Assembly: GCA_021831565.1 (NCBI GenBank)
Contig: JAKBMM010000009.1
Location: 3,605 to 67,604 of the forward strand
DNA from: Planctomycetota bacterium
GTDB lineage: Bacteria > Planctomycetota > Phycisphaerae > WQYP01
Direction of reading: 5' to 3'
DNA length: 64,000 bases
Shown: positions 1-8,775 of the stretch, piece by piece
How positions within the stretch are numbered: the first letter of the stretch is position 1
Layout of the letters: every line of letters begins with the position of its first letter
Position numbers and translations under genes: made by a program
The notes under the pieces: model-generated
The model's input: the letters and a program-made list of their open reading frames with translations, nothing else
Database searches by the model: none
Told to the model about the DNA's origin: nothing

Positions 1-367
1 TGTGCCTTCCCTGTCAAAACCAGGTCATCGCCTGCTGCCAACGCTCGCTGCATCATCAAATGTTGAACTGTGTGCTGATTCGCGATGGTAAACAAATAGT
101 GGCCGTCGTGACGGCCCGGGCGGACGCGATCGGCTGTCCGCGCGGTCCGGTGAAGGAATACGCCGGAGAGCGGTTGATCGTACGCCGCCTGCCGCATCTG
201 AATATGGTGATCAAGGTGGCGCGGCGCCGCTGGATGTGCTTGCTGGGCCGGGAATCCATGCGCCGGCTGATAACCCTGGCCGGTGCAATTCGAAGCGCCC
301 CGGCGACGAGGGGCCTCTAAGCGCGATTTGTTCCGATTTCAGGTTTGTGTCCCAGAATGCGGCGTGT

Positions 368-396
368 TTGACAGCACTTGGGATCGGGCGTAAAAA
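368..396 (+). promoter_or_regulatory. Candidate sigma70-type promoter of the GH4 gene
   Basis: TTGACA (368-373), 17-nt spacer, TAAAAA (391-396), about 37 nt upstream of the GTG start at 433. Motif match only. Confidence 0.4.
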
Positions 397-432
397 AGTG
401 GAAGTATTGAAAAATAAGAAAGGAAATCATCC

Positions 433-1821
433 GTGATAAAAGTTGCCATCATCGGCGCCGGCAGCATGGAGTTTTCGCGCAATCTCACCGGCGACATCCT
501 GAGTTTTCCGGAATTCCGCAACGCCTGCTTTTCCTATATGGACATCGACGCCGATCGCCTGGCCATGGGCGCGGCGCTATGCCGGAAAATCGCCCGTTCC
601 CTGGGCGCCGATCCGGTGATTCAAGCCACGGCGGATCGCCGCGCGGCGATCCAGGATGCTGATTTTGTCATCAACACGGTGCAGATCGGCGGGTTCGCCA
701 GCACACTGGTCGATTTTGAGATTCCCCGCAAATACGGTTTGAACTTCACCATCGCCGATACCACCGGTCCCGGCGGTCTGTTTCGCGCTCTGCGCACCTA
801 TCCGGTTCTCAAGGGCCTCTGCCAAGACATGATGGAACTATGCCCCAACGCCGTTTTGCTCAACTATTCCAATCCCATGAGCATGAACATGCAGACCATC
901 TATCGCACCAGCAACATCCGGGCGGTGGGACTTTGCCACAGCGTGCAAGGCACGTTCGAGCAGTTGGTGCGCTACTTGGGCGAAAAACCGGAGGAGGTTT
1001 CGTTCCTCTGCGCCGGCATCAACCACATGGCGTTCTACGTACAGCTTCGCAAGGGAAGCGAGGATTTGTATCCGCGTCTGTTTGCGGCCATGGAAAATCC
1101 CGCAACCTACAATACCAATCGCGTGCGGTTTGAGTTGATGCGCCGGCTGGGTTATTTCGGCACCGAATCCAGCGAGCATAGCGCCGAATACTGTCCATTC
1201 TTTATTCCCCACGGCCCGGAGGTCATCCGCCGTTTTAGTGTCCCCATCGACGAATACCTGCGCCGCTGCGATGGCGCGGAAAGGAAGTATGAACGCCTCC
1301 GCCGGGAGGCGCAATCCGACGAACCCCTGTCGCATCAGCGCAGCCACGAATACGGCAGTTTCATCATCCACTCCATCGCGACCGGTCAGCCGCGGGTCGT
1401 CTACGGCAATATGCCCAACCGCGGGGCCATCGGCAATCTGCCGGCGGACGCCATCACCGAGGTTCCGACATTGGTGGATCGCAGCGGCTTGCAGTTTACG
1501 ATCGTCGGCGATCTGCCGCCGCAGATTGTCGCTTACATCCAGCCGCATGTAAGTCAGCATGAACTGTTTATCCGGGCGGCCATGGAAGGACGGCGCGATT
1601 ACGTCTACCAGGCCGCCATGTTTGATCCGCTGACCGCGGCGGTGCTTCCCCTGGACAAAATCGTCGAAATGTGCGACGAGATGATCGAAGCCCACGGCGA
1701 TCTATTACCCCCTTTTCCGGCCAAAACACTCGTCCCCACCAGTGGAAAAACCTTTCATCCACCCCGCGGGGCGGACTTGCGAAAACAGCGCACCGCCCGG
1801 CTGGCGGAACACGGCGCCTGA
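433..1821 (+). CDS. Glycoside hydrolase family 4 (NAD-dependent alpha-glucosidase/alpha-galactosidase type)
   Basis: 462-aa ORF. N-terminal Rossmann motif MIKVAIIGAGSMEF. GH4-type Cys-His motif AVGLCHSVQG. GTG start with AGGA upstream. Confidence 0.8.
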   Translation: MIKVAIIGAGSMEFSRNLTGDILSFPEFRNACFSYMDIDADRLAMGAALCRKIARSLGADPVIQATADRRAAIQDADFVINTVQIGGFASTLVDFEIPRKYGLNFTIADTTGPGGLFRALRTYPVLKGLCQDMMELCPNAVLLNYSNPMSMNMQTIYRTSNIRAVGLCHSVQGTFEQLVRYLGEKPEEVSFLCAGINHMAFYVQLRKGSEDLYPRLFAAMENPATYNTNRVRFELMRRLGYFGTESSEHSAEYCPFFIPHGPEVIRRFSVPIDEYLRRCDGAERKYERLRREAQSDEPLSHQRSHEYGSFIIHSIATGQPRVVYGNMPNRGAIGNLPADAITEVPTLVDRSGLQFTIVGDLPPQIVAYIQPHVSQHELFIRAAMEGRRDYVYQAAMFDPLTAAVLPLDKIVEMCDEMIEAHGDLLPPFPAKTLVPTSGKTFHPPRGADLRKQRTARLAEHGA

Positions 1822-1870
1822 TCCCGCCCGCCGTCTTCGTCGCACCGACAAACCGAAAACCGCGGCCGTG

Positions 1871-3262
1871 TCAGCGCCGTCGTCGCGAGGGAAACCGGCC
1901 GGTGATGGGGCGCGGCCGCGCCGCGGGCGGAGGAGTGGCAAAGGAGCTTGGAGCGTATTCGGTGGCGGCGGGTGGAGATGTCACCGGCGCCGCTTCCGGA
2001 GAAAGCGATTCTTGATTCGCATTCTGGCGCGGAACGGTGCGCGCCGCCGGTTCGTACGAACGGCCGCGCGCCAGCGATGGTTCGGGCGACATCGTGAATC
2101 CCGGAATGCGGTAGTCTTCGAGCAGATGGTTGATGAGCTTTTCTATTTCCGTCTGTAACTGGCCTTCGCCGCGGGCCACAAAAGAGAAAGCCTTGCCCGA
2201 TTTGCCCATGCGCGCCGTCCGTCCCACGCGATGGACGTAAACTTCCGGATCATCCGGCACGTCGTAATTGATCACGTGGGTGATCTCATGCACGTCGATA
2301 CCGCGGCTGGCCAGGTCGGTCGCCACCAGCACGTTGATTTTTCCGGTTCGAAATCCCCGCATCACGCGCTCGCGCTTATGTTGCAACAGATCCCCATGAA
2401 TAGGCGAGGCGTTGATGCCCCTTTCCTGCAGACCATGCGCGACCTTGTCCACACTGCGCTTGGTCCGGCAGAATATGAGCGTCAGCCGCGGATTTTCATG
2501 TTGGATCAGCAGCCGCAGCGCCCGCAACTTGTCCCAGGGTTGCACCGCCACGTAATATTGCGTTGCTTCCGGGTTGGTCATCGTTTCATCGGGTTTGGCG
2601 GTGAAAATCCGCTGGGGGTTCTTCATGTGCCGCTGGACCAGCCGGTCTATTTCATCATTGATGGTGGCGGAGACGAAGATGGTCTGATGTTCGCTGGTGC
2701 ACAACCCCAGGATTTTCCGCACGTCATCCCGGAAGCCGATATCGAACATCCGATCCACTTCATCGCAGACGACGAATTTCATTTCTCCCAGGGGCAGGGC
2801 GCCGCGCTGGTTCAGATCGAGAATTCTTCCCGGTGTTCCGACCACCAGGTGCGGGCGCCGCTCCAGCAGCTTGATGTCGTGCAGCACCTTCCGCCCGCCG
2901 TATACCACCTGCAGGTGGAGGGGTTTGTGTTTGGCGAAACGGATCAACTCCGCTTCCACCTGCACCGCCAGTTCCCGCGTCGGCACCACGACCAGCGCTT
3001 GCAATGGCTGCGAAGGATTCATCCGTTGCAGGATGGGCAGGCCGAAGGCGGCGGTTTTTCCCGTGCCGGTACGCGCCTGGCCTAGAATATCCGCTCCCGT
3101 CAGGGCGGGAGGAATCATTTTTCTCTGAATTTCCGAGGGATCAACAAAGTGTACATCCGCCAGCGCCTGCAACAGGGCCGTTTCCAGGCCCAAGTCCGCA
3201 AAGGCTTTAGGCAACCCCAAGTGTGTATTGTCCATCATACCTCTTCTACCAAGGAACATCAT
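1871..3262 (-). CDS. DEAD-box ATP-dependent RNA helicase
   Basis: Q-motif region FADLGL, Walker A GQARTGTGKTAAF, motif II VVCDEVDRM (DEVD variant), SAT, HRVGRTARMG. Pro/Arg-rich C-terminal tail. The true start is more likely the MMDNTH Met at 3238 than 3262. Confidence 0.85.
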   Translation of the reverse strand: MMFLGRRGMMDNTHLGLPKAFADLGLETALLQALADVHFVDPSEIQRKMIPPALTGADILGQARTGTGKTAAFGLPILQRMNPSQPLQALVVVPTRELAVQVEAELIRFAKHKPLHLQVVYGGRKVLHDIKLLERRPHLVVGTPGRILDLNQRGALPLGEMKFVVCDEVDRMFDIGFRDDVRKILGLCTSEHQTIFVSATINDEIDRLVQRHMKNPQRIFTAKPDETMTNPEATQYYVAVQPWDKLRALRLLIQHENPRLTLIFCRTKRSVDKVAHGLQERGINASPIHGDLLQHKRERVMRGFRTGKINVLVATDLASRGIDVHEITHVINYDVPDDPEVYVHRVGRTARMGKSGKAFSFVARGEGQLQTEIEKLINHLLEDYRIPGFTMSPEPSLARGRSYEPAARTVPRQNANQESLSPEAAPVTSPPAATEYAPSSFATPPPAARPRPITGRFPSRRRR

Positions 3263-3924
3263 AGGGCGGAGTCGGCGGCGGTCAACCGCGACGTTGTACC
3301 GTCCAGCCGCCCACCGCGTACGCGTAAAGGGGCTTTTCCGTTCCGCCGAATCCTTTTTGGCGGCGGCTTGACCACGCTGAGTTGACCGTCGCCTGACTGG
3401 AGTTTCACACCACTGGCCATGGTTATTCGCGTGGCGAGCACCCAGGCGATGGCGATAGCGTCAGCCACGTCCGGCGATAACGGAGGTTTTTCCAGCCGGC
3501 ACAACGCCGCCACCGCACGCTGGATTTGCATTTTACCCGCATGGCCATTACCCGTGATGGTTTTTTTCACCAGGGTGCTGGGCAAATCGACCACGGGTAC
3601 GCCGGCCTGGGTCGCGGCCAGAAGAATCACGCCGCGGGCGTGTCCCATCAGAATCGCCGTTCGCGGATGTTTGTAGTGGGCGTAAAGTTGTTCGACCCCT
3701 ACATGCGCCACGTTGAACTCGCCGAGCAACTCCGCGACCTGCCGGTACAGATCGGCGATACGTTCCGGCAGCGAGCGCCGCGCGGCAATGCGAAGCACTC
3801 CGGCTTCCTTGAGCTGCGGGCGCCGTCCCGACACGTTTACAACCGCATAACCGGTGATATGCAAACCGGGATCGATTCCCAATATTTGCACAAACGCCTC
3901 CTTGCGCGGCGAAAGGGTGATCAT
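3259..3924 (-). CDS. ruvC: Holliday junction resolvase RuvC
   Basis: ILGIDPGLHITGYAVV catalytic Asp motif near the N-terminus and DVADAIAIAW near the core C-terminus. Carries about 50 extra basic residues beyond typical RuvC length. The stop overlaps the upstream-most ATG of the helicase ORF. Confidence 0.8.
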   Translation of the reverse strand: MITLSPRKEAFVQILGIDPGLHITGYAVVNVSGRRPQLKEAGVLRIAARRSLPERIADLYRQVAELLGEFNVAHVGVEQLYAHYKHPRTAILMGHARGVILLAATQAGVPVVDLPSTLVKKTITGNGHAGKMQIQRAVAALCRLEKPPLSPDVADAIAIAWVLATRITMASGVKLQSGDGQLSVVKPPPKRIRRNGKAPLRVRGGRLDGTTSRLTAADSAL

Positions 3925-4038
3925 TCAGGCCCGTGGGTAGATGGCCTTCTGGCCGCCATTGCACCGTCCCTCATTCGGACAAAATGCCCGCTCCCCTTTT
4001 AGCCCGACTCTCCTTGCAGGATCTTCCAAACAGGACTT

Positions 4039-4563
4039 TCACCCGTTACCGCGGACGGTATCCCGCCGTCGCAGCAGCGTCGCACAGTGACAGGCGATCG
4101 CTTTTTCCTGGCCGAGAGCATCCATGCCCTCGTTGGTTTTGCCCTTGATGTTCACGCATTCAACCGGAACATGAAGAAGCTCGGCCAACCGCTGTTTCAT
4201 CGCCGGTTTATGCGGCGAAAGGCGGGGGGTTTGGGCGATGACCACCACATCCACGTTGCCGATCCTCCAGGGTGTTTTGGCGAGTTGCGCCAAAACGCCG
4301 GCGAGCAGTTCGGCCGAATCAATTCCCTGGTAGCGCGGATCGGTGTTCGGAAACATTTCGCCCACGTCGGCCAGGCCCGCCGCACCGGTGATCGCGTCGA
4401 TGAGCGCGTGCAGCACGACATCGGCGTCGGAATGGCCGGCCAGCCCGTGGGTATGAGGAATCCGCAGGTTGGCCAGCACCAGCGGCCGCCCGGCCTCGGT
4501 GCGGTGCAAATCGTAGCCGATGCCGATTCGATACTCACTGGCGCCGCGGTGATTCTCAGGCAT
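4039..4563 (-). CDS. ispF: 2-C-methyl-D-erythritol 2,4-cyclodiphosphate synthase
   Basis: RIGIGYDLHR and GHSDADVVLHALIDAI motifs. Length 174 aa. Confidence 0.9.
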   Translation of the reverse strand: MPENHRGASEYRIGIGYDLHRTEAGRPLVLANLRIPHTHGLAGHSDADVVLHALIDAITGAAGLADVGEMFPNTDPRYQGIDSAELLAGVLAQLAKTPWRIGNVDVVVIAQTPRLSPHKPAMKQRLAELLHVPVECVNIKGKTNEGMDALGQEKAIACHCATLLRRRDTVRGNG

Positions 4564-4697
4564 GTTTCACCGATTGCGAATTGTTCGCCCGTAAATTCTC
4601 GACCAACGGGGCCGGCGGGAAAAACTTCTTTCCGGCGGCGCCGCATCTTACCAAAACAGGGATAAAGGTTACAATCAAAAAGCGGGTTTGTTTCCGC

Positions 4698-4726
4698 TTG
4701 ACTTGGCGTGGGAGACGCGGTAAATT
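4698..4726 (+). promoter_or_regulatory. Candidate sigma70-type promoter upstream of the heptamer repeat and PEP-CTERM gene
   Basis: TTGACT (4698-4703), exactly 17 nt, TAAATT (4721-4726). Confidence 0.45.
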
Positions 4727-4774
4727 GCGACCTGCGTCCAATAAGAAGCGGCGGAGGCGACATGGGAAAACCAT

Positions 4775-4837
4775 TCTCTGCTCTCTGCTCTCTGCTCTCT
4801 GCTCTCTGCTCTCTGCTCTCTGCTCTCTGCTCTCTGC
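4775..4837. repeat. Perfect tandem heptanucleotide repeat (TCTCTGC) x 9
   Basis: Counted directly: nine uninterrupted units, 63 bp. Located between the promoter at 4698 and the ATG at 4889. It is translated as (SALCSLL)n in the plus-strand shadow ORFs and as SREQRAE in the minus-strand ones. Confidence 0.98.
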
Positions 4838-4888
4838 TTCGGGTTGGATCAACTGTGGATGGGAACTTTTGCATTGGGGGAACTTGTC

Positions 4889-5884
4889 ATGGCACGCGAA
4901 ACATCCGGTAAATTATCGCGCCGAAGTTGTCGTTCGTGGATGCTCGGTCAAATCGGCGTGGGCGCCGCGGTGGCGGCGCTGACGGCTTGCGCGGGAGTGT
5001 TCGTCCTTGCCGCAGGCAGTATACGAGGCGATCCCTTCATAATGAGTGGCGCCGGGTTGTCTTGCGGTGGCGCTTGCAACACGGTGACAGTCCATTCCGT
5101 CACCAGAGCTTCAGGTCTGGCCGGCAATGCGACGAATAACTCGGCGCTGGTCCTTGCCCAGTCGGGTGTGTTTTCCGGTACCAGCGGCGTAACCGAGAAT
5201 GGCGGCACACTGACCCTCTCCGGCGGCAACACCTCCAGCGGCACGAACACCATCACCAGCGGCACGCTGACAATGACAGGCGGCGGTACGATGACACTCA
5301 ATCCCGGCTTAACCGGTACCCTCCACCTGGTGAATCTGAATCCAACGCCGACAGTCACGTTGGGCGCGCTGACTCTTACCAACACCGCCGCCGGCAATGG
5401 CGTAACCATCAACTACGGCGCTTGGGCGAGTTCCACCGCCACCACCATTCGTGGTTCCTTGGTGGCCGGCTATAATGGCGGCGCCTGGAACGGGACATCG
5501 ACTACGAGCGCGGTCATCAACAGTACGACGGCGCAGGCCGCCGGCCTCACCATCGGTTATTCCGAAAATGGTTTCGCTGGGGAAAAGACCAAGATCATGG
5601 TCACCCTGCCCGGTGATGCCACTTTGGCCGGTACGGTTACCCTAACTGATTTCGCAATACTTCGCAGTCATTTTGGCATGACATCCGGTGCGCAATGGGA
5701 TCAGGGCGACTTCAATTATGATGGCGCGGTGAATGGGGCTGATTTCGCGCTTTTACGAGACAACTTTGGCAAGTCCCTCCCGACGGCGGTGGCTACCTCT
5801 TCGGTTCCCGATCCGGCCACGCTGGCGTTGCTGGCCGTGGGCGGACTGGGGCTGCTGGTTCGCCGCCGTAAAAGTCTGGCGTGA
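4889..5884 (+). CDS. PEP-CTERM sorting-domain secreted protein with Thr/Gly-rich repeats and a dockerin-like segment
   Basis: N-terminal signal/anchor MLGQIGVGAAVAALTACAGVFVLAAG. Low-complexity T/G/S-rich core. DFNYDGAVNGADFALLRDNFG is dockerin/EF-hand-like. C-terminal VPDPATLALLAVGGLGLLVRRRK is a PEP-CTERM motif followed by a TM segment and an Arg cluster. Start chosen at ATG 4889; the track ORF begins at TTG 4844. Confidence 0.75.
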   Translation: MARETSGKLSRRSCRSWMLGQIGVGAAVAALTACAGVFVLAAGSIRGDPFIMSGAGLSCGGACNTVTVHSVTRASGLAGNATNNSALVLAQSGVFSGTSGVTENGGTLTLSGGNTSSGTNTITSGTLTMTGGGTMTLNPGLTGTLHLVNLNPTPTVTLGALTLTNTAAGNGVTINYGAWASSTATTIRGSLVAGYNGGAWNGTSTTSAVINSTTAQAAGLTIGYSENGFAGEKTKIMVTLPGDATLAGTVTLTDFAILRSHFGMTSGAQWDQGDFNYDGAVNGADFALLRDNFGKSLPTAVATSSVPDPATLALLAVGGLGLLVRRRKSLA

Positions 5885-6177
5885 GCTGAAAGACTTTACT
5901 TTTGCAGACCAATCGCCGCCTCAAGTCGTAGGCTGACCTCTGAGGCCGGCACCGCCGGTTATAGAGCAGTTCTCAAAAGCCGTGCCGGAATGGCCGGACA
6001 GTCCCGCGGATATCAGGCATCCTGCCAGTTACTTGAGTTGGGCAGTTTCATAGTCAGCCAATGGTCTGGGATCAGGACTATGGCGGCCCTGCCTGCCGGC
6101 GCAGGCAGGCGAAATTCCCTTTGTTTTGCCGCTTTTGCTCGTGAACGGTTACTGTTCCGGAAGACCAGCCGCATGGG

Positions 6178-7593
6178 CTATCGGGACAGTCCATATTCCT
6201 TGATCTTCCGGTAGAGCGTGCGTTCTCCAAGGCCAAGCAGTTTGGCCGCCTGTTCGCGATTTCCCTGCACCATTTCCAGGGTTTTTTCGATGGCCTGGCG
6301 CTCCAGGTCGGCCAGGTTTATCCCCGCCAGGGTGGTAATGCTCGTGGTCGGGGAAGTGGCCGAAGGAAGCGTCAAGGCCGTGGTGGAGACGGTTTGCACC
6401 GAGTATGGCCCGAGGATTTCCTGTGGAACATCCTGGACTCCCAGGCGGGTACCCGTGCTCAACGCCACCATGTTTTCAATCACATTCTCGAGTTGACGGA
6501 CATTTCCCGGCCAGTCGCAGGCGACGAGAATATCACGGGCGGCGGCGTCGATTTCTTCGATTTTTTTACCCATTCGCGTGGCGCACTTGGGGATGAGGTG
6601 CGCGATCAACGGCGGAATATCCTCGCGCCGCTGGCGCAGGGGAAGCAGGTGGATCGTGGCACCCTTGATTCGGAAATACAGGTCCTGCCGGAACTCCTCC
6701 TTGCGGACCTGCTGCTCCAGGTCCTTGTTCGTGGCGGCGATAAACCGCACGTCCACCTGGATCGGTTCGTTGGAACCCAACCGCGTGATCTGCCGGTCCT
6801 GGAGCACCCGCAGGAGTTTGGCCTGCATGGCCAGGGGCATGTCGCCGATTTCGTCCAGAAACAGCGTGCCGCCGTCGGCGTATTCCAGGCGCCCCTCGCG
6901 GTCGCCGCGGGCGTCGGTGAAAGCGCCGCGTACGTGGCCGAAAAGTTCATCCTCCAGCGTGCTTTCATTCAGGCCGGCGCAGTTGAGCGCGACAAACCGT
7001 TCCGCCTGGCGGCGGGAATTTTGATGCACCGCCCGCGCGATCAGCTCCTTGCCGGTTCCCGACTCGCCCAGAATCAGCACGTTGATGTCGGTCGGGGCGA
7101 TCTGTCGCACCAGTTGCAGGGTGCGGCGCATCGCCTGCGAATTGCCGATGATTCCCTCCATGCCGTATTTCTGATCCAGGGCCAGCTTGAAGTTCTGATT
7201 CTGGCGGGCCAGCAGAACCGCCTCGGCGGCGCGGCGCACCTGGACTCGGATCAGATCCAGGTCCAGGGGTTTTTCAATGAAGTCATACGCTCCCGCCCGC
7301 ATGGCGCCCACCGCGGTGGCCACGTCGCCATGCGCGGTCACGACGATAACCTGCGCCGGGGGGAACGCGCGGCGGGCGTGTTCGAGCAATTCGAAACCGT
7401 CCCGCGGCCCGTCCATGCGGAGGTCGGTGATCACCAGGTCGAAATCTTCCTCGGATAAACAGCGCCGCGCCTCGGCCAGGCTGTGCGCCTGCTTGACGGA
7501 ATAACCTATGCGGGCCACGGCTTCACTCATGGCGTCGGCATGATCGATTTCGTCATCAACAATCAGAACGCGGATGGAACTTTCTTTGTTCAT
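6178..7593 (-). CDS. Sigma-54-dependent response regulator (NtrC family: REC + AAA+ + Fis-type HTH)
   Basis: REC domain VLIVDDE...DLVITDLRMDG. Walker A GESGTGKELIARAVH. GAFTDA sigma-54 contact motif. C-terminal HTH AAKLLGLGERTLYRKIKEYGL. Confidence 0.9.
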   Translation of the reverse strand: MNKESSIRVLIVDDEIDHADAMSEAVARIGYSVKQAHSLAEARRCLSEEDFDLVITDLRMDGPRDGFELLEHARRAFPPAQVIVVTAHGDVATAVGAMRAGAYDFIEKPLDLDLIRVQVRRAAEAVLLARQNQNFKLALDQKYGMEGIIGNSQAMRRTLQLVRQIAPTDINVLILGESGTGKELIARAVHQNSRRQAERFVALNCAGLNESTLEDELFGHVRGAFTDARGDREGRLEYADGGTLFLDEIGDMPLAMQAKLLRVLQDRQITRLGSNEPIQVDVRFIAATNKDLEQQVRKEEFRQDLYFRIKGATIHLLPLRQRREDIPPLIAHLIPKCATRMGKKIEEIDAAARDILVACDWPGNVRQLENVIENMVALSTGTRLGVQDVPQEILGPYSVQTVSTTALTLPSATSPTTSITTLAGINLADLERQAIEKTLEMVQGNREQAAKLLGLGERTLYRKIKEYGLSR

Positions 7594-7672
7594 CAGTTTG
7601 CGTCGATTCTAAGAGTCCCGATCCCGGCGGACCGGGGGGCGCCGCCGGCCCCCCCGCCGGACCGTGCGCGGT

Positions 7673-8638
7673 TCATGCCCGCGGGTGGAACATTCGGTTC
7701 GCCAATACGCCGGCCCAAACAGCCAGCAGCACGGGCGAAAAAAATAGCACCGTCTCCACCAGGGTCGATTGCGATTCCAGCGGCAGAACGCGCAACACGA
7801 TCAAAAGACATTGCAGCGCCAGAACCGGCGCCAGCACGGCGGTGCCGATGCGGTACGCCACGCGCAGGGGCATTCCCAGATTCCGGTTGAGAATCATCAC
7901 CAGCGGGCCGGTCAATACAATCATCAGCAAACACCAGAAAGCCTGTCGCAGGTCGATAATCGCCCCTCCGAGGATGGCGAACCACGTCAGAAGCGCCGGG
8001 CGGTAGGTTTGGAGGAATTTCTCCAGCGTGGCGGAATCGATGCGAACCGGCGGCACATCCCGCGGTTGGCCGGCAACGCGCTTGATGGCGGCGCCATTGG
8101 CCTTCGCCATGCTCTCTTGCAGCGGCAGCAGGGGCCACACAATGGGTTTGGAGAACCACGAACCGGTCAGTACCACGGCGCCGTGGGTGATCACAAATAC
8201 CCAGCGCCGGCTGGTGTTGGTGTACGATCCCTGCGCCTGGGGCCGGACCATCAACCGGGCGAATTTTCCATTAATACTTAATGGTTTGAGTCCCTTTTGG
8301 GGAATAACCGATAGCTCGCCATTTTTCAGCAGCATCGGTTGGTACCGGTGATCGTACGATCGGGCAAAGGTCCGGCAGGAGTCCAGAATACGACTGCCCG
8401 TCGCCAAGGCGACTATTGTGGACGTAATTACAAGAACCCATAGCAGCGGCCAAAACGTCGCCGAATACCGGTATAACGCCGCGTGCGCCCACTGCTCGGG
8501 CTGGACAATCAACAGCACGATCCGCAGCGGCAGAGGAGGAGGCCGCGGCGGAACGACTTGGCGCTGTTCCGCTCCCGGCCCGCTTCCCGGCGGCGGCGGC
8601 GGCGGCGGATCGGATGCCGGGTTGGGAGGAAGCGACAT
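7673..8638 (-). CDS. Hypothetical polytopic membrane protein with Pro-rich N-terminus
   Basis: 321-aa ORF. Poly-Pro N-terminus followed by several hydrophobic segments. No family recognised. Confidence 0.5.
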   Translation of the reverse strand: MSLPPNPASDPPPPPPPGSGPGAEQRQVVPPRPPPLPLRIVLLIVQPEQWAHAALYRYSATFWPLLWVLVITSTIVALATGSRILDSCRTFARSYDHRYQPMLLKNGELSVIPQKGLKPLSINGKFARLMVRPQAQGSYTNTSRRWVFVITHGAVVLTGSWFSKPIVWPLLPLQESMAKANGAAIKRVAGQPRDVPPVRIDSATLEKFLQTYRPALLTWFAILGGAIIDLRQAFWCLLMIVLTGPLVMILNRNLGMPLRVAYRIGTAVLAPVLALQCLLIVLRVLPLESQSTLVETVLFFSPVLLAVWAGVLANRMFHPRA

Positions 8639-8775
8639 CTGGCTATAACCTCTTATATCTTCATTACGCCTGTCTGAAAATTATGGCGCGCGGCGCGGGA
8701 ACCGGCGTTGCCGGCGAAACCGCGCCAGGCTCCGTCTCCAAACCATCACGTACCGCGATACATTTTGAGGCGGAC

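Noticed and set aside
3-320. ORF open from the window edge, ending at 320 (…CLPCQNQVIACC…GERLIVRRLPHLNMVIKVARRRWMC…). I briefly considered it an IS66-type transposase fragment that might match the GTAA-type MITE ends.
   Set aside because: The resemblance is too weak to support. The ORF is short, truncated by the window, and carries no catalytic motif.
838-1695. 285-aa minus-strand ORF antisense to the GH4 gene. Similar long antisense ORFs occur at 2231-3085, 6394-7458, 10467-11381, 11922-12806, 19706-20791, 21117-21962, 22142-22990, 25055-26041, 37810-39195, 44045-44926, 44963-45691, 45919-46875, 47980-48792 and 55624-57027.
   Set aside because: These are shadow ORFs of high-GC DNA. They are Arg/Gly/His/Pro-rich with no recognisable motifs, and each is fully covered by a well-supported gene on the other strand.
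4775-4837. Possible CRISPR array (also considered for 57973-58055)
   Set aside because: The units are contiguous 7-bp and 33-bp tandem repeats with no unique spacers, and no cas genes are in the window.
4197-4874. 225-aa minus-strand ORF starting with (SREQRAE)n
   Set aside because: The repeat peptide is just the reverse translation of the TCTCTGC heptamer array. The remainder is out of frame within ispF and its upstream region.
4560-4890. Sigma-54 promoter (TGGCAC-N5-TTGC) near the NtrC-type regulator and its neighbours (also checked at 8639-8775)
   Set aside because: No match with correct spacing was found. The TGGCAC at 4890 is within the start region of the PEP-CTERM ORF and lacks the TTGC element.
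6088-6130. Hairpin CCTGCCTGC-CGGC-GCAGGCAGG followed by a weak T-rich stretch, a possible terminator for the PEP-CTERM gene
   Set aside because: It lies about 200 bp downstream of the stop and the T-tract is interrupted (CCCTTTGTTTTG). Plausible, but not strong enough to list as a feature.
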